Below are positions 43,218 to 50,351 of a stretch of DNA of 64,000 nt, in pieces; positions within the stretch are counted from its first letter, which is position 1, and each line of letters opens with the position of its first letter. The stretch spans positions 39,972 through 103,971 of the forward strand of contig JADKDJ010000035.1 in assembly GCA_016718405.1 (NCBI GenBank). Reading direction: 5' to 3'. The notes beneath the pieces are model-generated. The model had not been told where the DNA came from, did not search any database, and saw only the letters and a list, made by a program, of their open reading frames with translations. This DNA comes from Candidatus Rhodoferax odensensis (GTDB lineage Bacteria > Pseudomonadota > Gammaproteobacteria > Burkholderiales > Burkholderiaceae_C). The translations under genes and the position numbers were made by a program.

Positions 43218-45238
43218 TGCTGGACCACCAGCAAGACCACGATCAGGGTCACGAAGCTGTACAACAAATAGACCGCGATGCGGCCCCGCTGCAAGCGGCC
43301 AACCAGGCGCGACAGACGCTCGACAAAAGCCGCCACCGGCAGGTACAGCGCCCGCCACATCGGGTCCTCGACGGTGACGCGGTAAGCCGGGTCGGTATCG
43401 AAAGGGCTCGGCAACTCACGCGTCATGCGAAACATCGGCTCGAAGATCTGGCGTATCGGTTGGCCAAAGCCCTCCGCGCTATCCTGCATGCGGGGGGTCT
43501 GCAGCGCAAAGCCGCAATCCCAGGGCGGCGCGCGCCGCGTGCGCCCGTGGTAGAACCGGCGCACCAGAAAATAGGCCAGTGCGAAGCTGGCCAGCACACC
43601 CAACAGGAAAATGACGGGCGCGTAGCTGGCGCGCTCGGCATTCACCGGCACCAGCAACCAGTCGGCGGTCGTCAAGGATTGCGGCAGCGCGTCGGAAACC
43701 AGCAGGCGCGTGACCGGTCGAATCAAGGCAATGACCTGGTTAGGCAACAGCCCCAACACCACGCAACCGGCCGCCAGCCAGAGCATACCCACGCGTTCCC
43801 AGAACCCGGCGTCATGGGCTCGGGTCAGCTTCTCCTCGCGCGGCTGCCCCAGGAAGATGACCCCAAAGTACTTGACCATGGTGTAGCCCGACAGCGCCGC
43901 AATCAACGCGATCAGGGCCGCCACCACCGGTACCAGCATGTTCAAAAAAGAACTTGGCAAACCCGTGGTGAACAGAAAGCTCTGCAGCAGCAACCACTCC
44001 GCCACAAAACCGCCGAGCGGTGGCAAGCCGGCACAGGCCAAAGCGCCAATCAGCGTTGGCCAGGCGACCCAGGGCATGTAGCGGATCAGGCCTCCGAGCT
44101 TGCCCAGGCTGCGCTCGCCGGTGGCATGCAAAACCGAGCCGGTGCTGCAAAAAAGCAGGCTCTTGAACACACCGTGGCTGAGCGCATGGTAGAGCGACGC
44201 CGTCAGCGCCAAGGCCGCCGGACCGGTCATGCCGTAGGCCGAGAACAACAGGGCCAGCCCGAAGCCGGCACACATCAGCCCGATGTTCTCGATCGACGAA
44301 TAGGCCAGCAAACGTTTCATCTCGACCTGCACCGTGGAGAACACCACGCCGAACAGCGCAGTGGCCAGACCCAAGGTCATCAACAGCACGCCCCACCACC
44401 AAATGCGCGTCTGCAACAGGTCGAACGAGATGCGCAGCAAGCCATACAGGGCAATCTTCAGCATCACGCCACTCATCAGCGCAGAGAAAGGCGATGGCGC
44501 CGCCGGATGCGCCTCGGGCAGCCAAGCGTGCAAGGGCACAATGCCGGCCTTGGCACCGAAGCCGAACACCGCCAGCACAAAGGCGACCGAACCCCAGAAC
44601 GGCGACAGGTGCTGCGCACGCATGTTGGCAAAGGTGTAGTCGCCCGTGTTGGCCTGAAGCACCCCGAAGCACAGCAGGATGCCCAGCGCGCCAATGTGGG
44701 CCACCAGCATGTACAGGTAGGCCGCGTTGCGGATTTCGGGAATGCGGTGGTTCGCCATCACCAAGAAAAAAGAAGACAGCGCCATGGTCTCCCAGACGAC
44801 CATGAACACATACGCGTCATCGGCCATCACCACCATGGCGATGCTGGCCAGGAATACGTGGTACTCCAGGCAGATCAGGCCGGGTGGCGTGCCCTCGCCC
44901 TTGCGAAAGTAGCCCGCCGCAAACGCCGACACGCCCGTCGATACCCCGCCGATGAGCAGCAGGAAGAAGGCCGACAGGCCATCCAGACGCAGATGGAAAG
45001 GCAACTGCGGCAGGCCGATGGGCAGCACCGCAACCTCGGGCGTCCCCAGCGCCGCGTTGAAGGCCACCACGAGCAGGACCAGCGAGCACAACGCGCTCAG
45101 GGGGAACAGCACGGTGGCGATCAGCCGCAGCCGCCACAAAGCCACCACGCCGTCGCAGCCTATCAGCAACCAGGCCACAACCACCACCAACACCCAGTCG
45201 AGATGCACCCAGCCGGACGGCATCACCAAGGCGCTCAT
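43214..45238 (-). CDS. module 2: NuoL/HyfB(HycC)-like proton-conducting antiporter subunit
   Basis: 674-aa ORF. It has VPLHAWLPEAHPAAPSPFSALMSGVMLKIA and a HyfB-type C-terminal extension (PPWDCGF...). Confidence 0.88.
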   Translation of the reverse strand: MSALVMPSGWVHLDWVLVVVVAWLLIGCDGVVALWRLRLIATVLFPLSALCSLVLLVVAFNAALGTPEVAVLPIGLPQLPFHLRLDGLSAFFLLLIGGVSTGVSAFAAGYFRKGEGTPPGLICLEYHVFLASIAMVVMADDAYVFMVVWETMALSSFFLVMANHRIPEIRNAAYLYMLVAHIGALGILLCFGVLQANTGDYTFANMRAQHLSPFWGSVAFVLAVFGFGAKAGIVPLHAWLPEAHPAAPSPFSALMSGVMLKIALYGLLRISFDLLQTRIWWWGVLLMTLGLATALFGVVFSTVQVEMKRLLAYSSIENIGLMCAGFGLALLFSAYGMTGPAALALTASLYHALSHGVFKSLLFCSTGSVLHATGERSLGKLGGLIRYMPWVAWPTLIGALACAGLPPLGGFVAEWLLLQSFLFTTGLPSSFLNMLVPVVAALIALIAALSGYTMVKYFGVIFLGQPREEKLTRAHDAGFWERVGMLWLAAGCVVLGLLPNQVIALIRPVTRLLVSDALPQSLTTADWLLVPVNAERASYAPVIFLLGVLASFALAYFLVRRFYHGRTRRAPPWDCGFALQTPRMQDSAEGFGQPIRQIFEPMFRMTRELPSPFDTDPAYRVTVEDPMWRALYLPVAAFVERLSRLVGRLQRGRIAVYLLYSFVTLIVVLLVVQQ

Positions 45239-45360
45239 TCGCCTACACCCACAACAACGACCAGCACAGTCAACGACATGGCAACATCATGTTACAGGCC
45301 CCGCCTGGCGTCAATTGTCTCCACCATGCAGGTTGTGGCTACCGCGCACAACCGTTGGCG

Positions 45361-46155
45361 TCACCGTACCAGTTCGGGGGCAAACAGGCTCAGCCCGTCG
45401 CGCACTTGCTCCAGCGACAGACCGGCCAGCGCGACCCTGCGGGTCAGGCGCATCGGTCGAGCCGTCTGCAAGCGCGGCATCACCAACAAGACGCACAGCT
45501 CGGCCTCATCACCGCGCATCAGACGTTTGTGCGCAAGCACGCCTTGCCAAACCGAATCGTGTGGATCAACCTGCGGCAACAGGGTGACGCAGATGGTCCG
45601 CCTGTCGCAAAGAAAGACCGCGGCACTGAATGGCTCTGAAGTGGGGTCCACACTCAACTCGCCCCCGTCGAACAAGGGGTCCGCCTTTAGGATACGGTGC
45701 AGCATTTCCGCCAGGCTATAACGCATGGTCTCGGCGGGCAACAACCGCAGGGGTTCTGGGTGCCGCGTAAGCCCCCCCAAGCCAAGCAAGGCGTCGCAGC
45801 CGTCGTAACGCTCACAGGAGAGCCCCCAGTCCGGCTCCGTCTCACACGCTGCCATCACCTGTTTGGTGTCTTCGGCTACATAGCAAACAGCGTCGAGCCA
45901 CTCCATGGCTCGCTCAAAAACCCGGCTCATGTCGAATGCCTCGGGAAACTGCCGAATGAAGGGTAGCGGGTCGATCGCGCCGGCCGTGCTGTGCATCAGC
46001 GGTGATGCCAGATGCACCCGCTGCCCGTCGCGCCAAATCACGGCGCAAACATGCCCGTTTGTTGAGCCGGGCGGGCGGAATCTGACGAGCTTGAGCGCGC
46101 GCCGACCGGAAGGCGAGTCAGGCGTCTGGGTCGTTGCTCGCGGGCGCAGCGCCAT
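45361..46155 (-). CDS. hypothetical protein, no recognisable family; first gene upstream of module 2
   Basis: 264-aa ORF with coding-like composition, co-directional with its neighbours. It lies 19 nt after the OmpA-like gene and 122 nt before the HyfB-like gene. The start is uncertain. Confidence 0.55.
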   Translation of the reverse strand: MALRPRATTQTPDSPSGRRALKLVRFRPPGSTNGHVCAVIWRDGQRVHLASPLMHSTAGAIDPLPFIRQFPEAFDMSRVFERAMEWLDAVCYVAEDTKQVMAACETEPDWGLSCERYDGCDALLGLGGLTRHPEPLRLLPAETMRYSLAEMLHRILKADPLFDGGELSVDPTSEPFSAAVFLCDRRTICVTLLPQVDPHDSVWQGVLAHKRLMRGDEAELCVLLVMPRLQTARPMRLTRRVALAGLSLEQVRDGLSLFAPELVR

Positions 46156-46173
46156 CGGTTCCCCAGTGTCGCG

Positions 46174-46722
46174 TCAACGTGTCTTGTAGTTCAAATCAGC
46201 ACGGCGATTCTTGGACCAGGACTCTTCGTCGTGACCAAGCCCCACGGGCTTCTCCTTGCCAAAACTGATGGCTTCCATGCGCTTGTCGGACACTCCCAGC
46301 AACTTGAGTGACTGCAATGCCGCCTCGGCACGCTTTTGTCCCAACGCCAGGTTGTACTCGCGGCCGCCACGCTCATCGGCGTGGCCCTCCAGCCGCAGAT
46401 TGGCGGTCTGGTGACTGAGCATGTATTTGCCGTGATTGTCCAGAATGGCGGCATCCGACGCATGGACAACATAGCTGTCGAAGTCGAAGTGCACACTTCT
46501 TGCGGCCAATGGCGACTTCGGATCATCCAGGGGGTGAACCACCACTGCGGCCACGGTGGATTTGGCCGCTGGCTGCGTACCACCGGTCGCAGCACCAGCG
46601 CCGGAACCTGCTGCCGCCCCAGATGCGGAAGATGCGGTTGAGGACAACGGAGTCGGGCTGCTGCAACCCGCTGCTACCAATGCCAATGCGATGACGGCGC
46701 CAGCGAGGAATTTCGAATTCAT
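46174..46722 (-). CDS. OmpA-family (Pal-like) lipoprotein
   Basis: ORF 46174..46800. The start is set at ATG 46722, after AAAGGAAC. It has a lipobox (LVAAGCSS), a low-complexity linker and an OmpA C-terminal domain (LEGHADERGGREYNLALGQKRAEA). Confidence 0.88.
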   Translation of the reverse strand: MNSKFLAGAVIALALVAAGCSSPTPLSSTASSASGAAAGSGAGAATGGTQPAAKSTVAAVVVHPLDDPKSPLAARSVHFDFDSYVVHASDAAILDNHGKYMLSHQTANLRLEGHADERGGREYNLALGQKRAEAALQSLKLLGVSDKRMEAISFGKEKPVGLGHDEESWSKNRRADLNYKTR

Positions 46723-46819
46723 GATGGGTTCCTTTGAGATGTTACGGGAGTGCCCGCCCCTCTGATTTCCTTGGTGGGCGATCGCGATGCGAAGCTTCAT
46801 TTTTATTTACCTTGTGTTT

Positions 46820-46845
46820 AATTGCAATTGCAATTCAATTAACAT
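46820..46845 (+). promoter_or_regulatory. AT-rich (G)CAATT-repeat element, copy S1 (AATTGCAATTGCAATTCAATTAACAT)
   Basis: It matches copy S2 at 48735..48760 at 23 of 26 positions, in the same orientation. It contains the palindrome AATTGCAATT. It lies 98 nt upstream of the OmpA-like start. AT-rich similarity extends about 20 nt further 5'. Confidence 0.6.
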
Positions 46846-46903
46846 GCTCGGTGTTTTGTGATGTGACTTCGGGGGGCGCGCCGACCCCCGTGGCAGGCCA
46901 TTT

Positions 46904-47648
46904 CTAGAGCGAACTGTTGGCGCGGCGCTCCAGAACACGCAAGATGCGTTGGAACTCGGGTCTGAGTTGAACTTGTGCCTCGGCAGCGTGGCGCTTCAAG
47001 CTCCAACTCAGACTCATCCCACGCGCCGATATCGGCACTCCCTTGCCTGCGAAAACAACACAATTGTCTCGTTCGTTGACATCGACCGGAACGGCATTTC
47101 CGTGAAACGACTGCTCGATCCGCGCAACGAAGGTGGCGTGCGCCGGGTGTCCGGCGTCCAGATTCACTGCCAACACGCTGCGTTCACGCATCGCCCGCCA
47201 GCAGTCCTTGTAAAAACTCTGCGAGCAAAGCTGCGCGGCCAATCCATGCTGCGCATAGCCGTCAACCAGGATGACATCAAACTGAGGCCCGACGTCGGGA
47301 ACAAAGTCGATTGCATCGGCGCAGACCACTCGCAAGCGCTCATCGTCATCGGGAATCGAAAATTGGCGCCTGACCGCAATCACATGGGGATTGATCTCGA
47401 CCACCGTCATGCGGGTCGCGGGCAGGTGCCGATGGCAAAATCTTGACAATAGAGCCGCCTCCCAAACCGACCATCAGGATGTGTACCGGGTTTGGGATGG
47501 TCAGAAGAAATCCCATCATCGTTTTGGTGTAGGCCACTTCCAGGTCGAATGGCCGCGCGGGACACATCATGCTTTGCACCTCATCAATGCTGAAATGCAA
47601 AGTCCGATGCTCGCCATCGTCGCTGATAAAGGGAAGGCAGTGCAGCAT
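46904..47648 (-). pseudogene. SpeE-like (spermidine synthase fold) SAM-dependent transferase, frameshifted paralog
   Basis: Two overlapping ORFs (47346..47648 and 46904..47449) together align to the intact paralog 47817..48554. The frame switches right after GLGGGS, near 47437..47445 (AAGATTTTGCC on the coding strand). Deleting 1 nt there restores ...SIVKFCHRHLPATRMTVVEINPHV. Confidence 0.7.
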
Positions 47649-47816
47649 GGGTTTGGAGTGATCACTCGTTGGGCACTATCGCGCAGGCGCAAGGCGCCAC
47701 CCATGTGACAGCCAGCACGACGGAGCCCGCCACACAGGGGCCGGGGCAAGGGCCGGCAAATATCACCCCAAGACACTTCGCAACCCAGCGTTGACTTGAC
47801 CGAATGGTCATGTCCA

Positions 47817-48554
47817 TTAAGCCTCGCTGAACGAAGCCGTCTGCAACAGATTGCTGTCGCCAAAGGTGGCACGGAACAATTCAATACTGTCGCGCAAATC
47901 AGCTGCCGAAAGTGCATGACCCTTCCCGGCAAAAACAATCACGTTGCCTTCCCGATTGGCCAAGACTTCTGCGAGGTTACCGTTGAATGATCGATCTATT
48001 CGCTCGATGAATGTCTCGTAGAAGTGATGGGTCTCATGAAGGTTGACAGCCATAACGCCGTGGTCGCTCAAAACCCTGCTACAGCCGTCGTAAAAATCCT
48101 GGGAACACAATTGCGGTGGCTGCCCGCGGTGATCAAAACCGTCAACCAACAACACATCCACATCACATTCTGCGTGACGTACAAAGTCGGCGCCGTCCGC
48201 CTCGATCACTTTGAAACGCTCGTCATCGTCGGGCACCAGGAACTCTCTTCGCAATGCGATGACATGAGGGTTGATTTCCACTGCTGTTATCCGTGCTTCT
48301 GGCAGATTCCGATAGCAATACTTCGCCAGACTCCCGCCCCCCAAGCCGATCATCACAATGTGGCGCGGCCGAGGGTTCAGAACCAGGAAGCCCATCATTG
48401 TCTTGGTGTAATCAACATCCAATTGGTCCGGTTGAGCAACCCGCATCCTGCTCTGCAGTTGATCAATGGAAAAGTGCAACGACTTGCAACCCCCTTCGTA
48501 AAAGGCAAACGGAATTGGGTGTTTCGGAATTTTTGTATCGACGTGTTCTGACAT
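47817..48554 (-). CDS. SpeE-like (spermidine synthase fold) SAM-dependent transferase
   Basis: ORF 47817..48641 (TTG start). I prefer the ATG at 48554 (MSEHVDTK...) by comparison with the paralog N-terminus. It has IVMIGLGGGSLAKY, AVEINPHVI, LLVDGFD and MAVNL. Confidence 0.8.
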   Translation of the reverse strand: MSEHVDTKIPKHPIPFAFYEGGCKSLHFSIDQLQSRMRVAQPDQLDVDYTKTMMGFLVLNPRPRHIVMIGLGGGSLAKYCYRNLPEARITAVEINPHVIALRREFLVPDDDERFKVIEADGADFVRHAECDVDVLLVDGFDHRGQPPQLCSQDFYDGCSRVLSDHGVMAVNLHETHHFYETFIERIDRSFNGNLAEVLANREGNVIVFAGKGHALSAADLRDSIELFRATFGDSNLLQTASFSEA

Positions 48555-48734
48555 CGGCAAGAGGATCGCTTTATTGAAAGGTGCCACCCTGCGCTTGTTC
48601 CGGTTCAAGGCTCTCGCGGGAGGTCTCGTAAACAATAACAATGCCTTCGAAGAGTTGTGACACGGCGAATTCGCTCACGCACGACAGGAAGCGCATTTTT
48701 AGTGGCTTAGACACATTTTATTAACTTTTTAGTC

Positions 48735-48760
48735 AATTGCAATTACAATTTGATTAACAT
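48735..48760 (+). promoter_or_regulatory. AT-rich (G)CAATT-repeat element, copy S2 (AATTGCAATTACAATTTGATTAACAT), candidate RHH operator
   Basis: It ends 13 nt before the RHH gene ATG (48774), just before the CTGGAG ribosome-binding site, in the divergent intergenic region shared with the SpeE-like gene. Confidence 0.6.
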
Positions 48761-48773
48761 ACTGGAGCCCTCC

Positions 48774-48971
48774 ATGGAACTGAAGACCGCGCGCCTGACC
48801 GTCTTGATAGACCCTGCCAAGAAGCATGCCTTCGAGCAACTGTGCGGCCGCCAGGACATGACCCCCTCGCAGATCGTGCGCAAACTCATCCGGGACTACC
48901 TCGTGCTTCACGGGGAAGAGTTCATCCCCAGCGGTTTGGCCAAGAAGACCGGCCGCACACCGCGCAAGTAG
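48774..48971 (+). CDS. ribbon-helix-helix (CopG-like) DNA-binding protein
   Basis: ATG 48774 lies within ORF 48750..48971. The sequence RLTVLIDPAKKHAFEQLCGRQDMTPSQIVRKLIRDYL fits a beta-strand followed by two helices, the RHH pattern. Confidence 0.75.
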   Translation: MELKTARLTVLIDPAKKHAFEQLCGRQDMTPSQIVRKLIRDYLVLHGEEFIPSGLAKKTGRTPRK

Positions 48972-49108
48972 GCTCCAACTCAGGCTCGTACGGCGCGCGG
49001 ACATCACAGCCAAGGCCAGAATGGTCACGCCCCTTGGTACAAGCGGGGAGCGGAGACGCGGATCAGAGAAGTTGGGTAGCCGCTAAAATGCTCGCCAAAG
49101 GCCCATTC

Positions 49109-49315
49109 ATGAACATCTTTTACCGCCCCAAATACCAATCCGACGCCACCCAGTTTCTGGAGCAGCTCAAAGCCAGCAATCCCGAACTGGAAGCCAGCCA
49201 GCGCCAGGGGCGCGAGTTGCTGTGGGACAAAAAAGTGGATCGCCAGATCTGGAGCGAATACCGTGAGGCGCAGGTTGCGCAGCGGCCCTACGTCTACCAG
49301 ACCGAGCCAAGCTGA
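49109..49315 (+). CDS. DUF3460 family protein
   Basis: ATG 49109 lies in frame within ORF 48842..49315. The sequence MNIFYRPKYQSDATQFLEQLKASNPELEASQRQGRELLWDK matches the DUF3460 pattern as I remember it. Confidence 0.7.
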   Translation: MNIFYRPKYQSDATQFLEQLKASNPELEASQRQGRELLWDKKVDRQIWSEYREAQVAQRPYVYQTEPS

Positions 49316-49375
49316 GCGGCAAGGGCGGCGCAGGCCATGCTCAATGCACGCAGGCCGCTATTATTTCAATAGCAT

Positions 49376-50236
49376 ATGATGACCAGCCTGGCTGACCGCA
49401 CAAGCCTGGGCGACGCGCCTATGGCGCATCGGGCCGACATGCCCGAGGTGATCGATCACGTCGCCGTGGCACGACTCTATGGCGAGCCGCTGTTCGCCAT
49501 GCCCCAGGACCTGTACATCCCGCCCGATGCACTGGAAGTCTTTCTGGAGGCCTTCGAAGGTCCGCTGGACCTGCTGCTGTACCTGATCCGCAAGCAGAAT
49601 TTCAACATCCTCGACATCCCGATGGCGGCGGTAACCCGCCAGTACCTGATCTACGTGGACGAGATTCGTGGCCGCAACCTGGAGCTGGCCGCCGAGTACC
49701 TGCTGATGGCAGCGATGCTGATCGAGATCAAGTCGCGCATGCTGCTGCCACCCAAAAAGGTAGCCCAAGGCCAGGAGCCGGAAGATCCGCGCGCCGAGCT
49801 GGTGCGCCGCCTGCTGGAGTACGAGCAAATCAAGCTGGCGGCGGCACGTCTGAACATGGTGCCTCAGCTCGGGCGCGACTTTCTCAAGGCGGAAGTCTTC
49901 ATCGAACAGGCGCTGCAACCTCGTTTTGCCGACGTCAATATCGTTGACCTGCAAGACGCCTGGCGCGACATCCTCAGGCGCGCCAAGCTGGTCCAGCACC
50001 ACCACATCACCCGCGAAGAGCTGTCGGTGCGCGAGCACATGAGCCTGGTGCTGAAGAAGCTGCAAGGCCGGCGCTTTGTCGAGTTCGAAGACCTGTTCGA
50101 CCCAGCCAGCGGTGCACCCGTGCTGGTGGTCACCTTCATCGCCTTGCTGGAGCTGGCCAAAGAGACCCTGATCGAAATCACCCAGGCCGAGGTCTATGCC
50201 CCGATCTATGTCCGGCTGGCCTATTCCCCTTCCTGA
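49376..50236 (+). CDS. scpA: segregation and condensation protein A
   Basis: It has FEGPLDLLLYLIRKQNFNILDIPMAAVTRQYL and a C-terminal winged-helix region. The start may be one of several N-terminal ATGs. Confidence 0.88.
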   Translation: MMTSLADRTSLGDAPMAHRADMPEVIDHVAVARLYGEPLFAMPQDLYIPPDALEVFLEAFEGPLDLLLYLIRKQNFNILDIPMAAVTRQYLIYVDEIRGRNLELAAEYLLMAAMLIEIKSRMLLPPKKVAQGQEPEDPRAELVRRLLEYEQIKLAAARLNMVPQLGRDFLKAEVFIEQALQPRFADVNIVDLQDAWRDILRRAKLVQHHHITREELSVREHMSLVLKKLQGRRFVEFEDLFDPASGAPVLVVTFIALLELAKETLIEITQAEVYAPIYVRLAYSPS

Positions 50237-50240
50237 TACC

Positions 50241-50335
50241 TTGCGGGACAGACCGGAGCGAAGCGTAGCTCTGTCCTCAACTGATCAAGGGTGTTCTTGC
50301 GGGACAGCCCGAAGCGAAGCTCTGTCCTCAACTGA
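50241..50335. repeat. REP-like element copies 2 and 3 in tandem (50241..50284 and 50297..50335)
   Basis: TTGCGGGACAGACCGGAGCGAAGCGTAGCTCTGTCCTCAACTGA is followed by TTGCGGGACAGCCCGAAGCGAAGCTCTGTCCTCAACTGA. The GGGACAG/CTGTCC stems can form hairpins. They lie between scpA and nadB. Confidence 0.85.
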
Positions 50336-50351
50336 CTAGAAAGAACCGGCG

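Noticed and set aside
29719-45238. Annotation of the two modules as bona fide hydrogenase-4 or formate hydrogenlyase (hyf/hyc).
   Set aside because: Both large subunits lack the canonical NiFe CxxC ligand pairs. There are no hyp/hycI maturation genes or FdhF-type partner nearby. I therefore call them hydrogenase-related (Ehr-type) only.
40996-45721. Very long + strand ORFs (40996..42510, 43157..45721) opposite module 2.
   Set aside because: They are His/Gln/Arg/Gly-rich antisense shadows of the minus-strand membrane-protein genes. They have no start context or motif.
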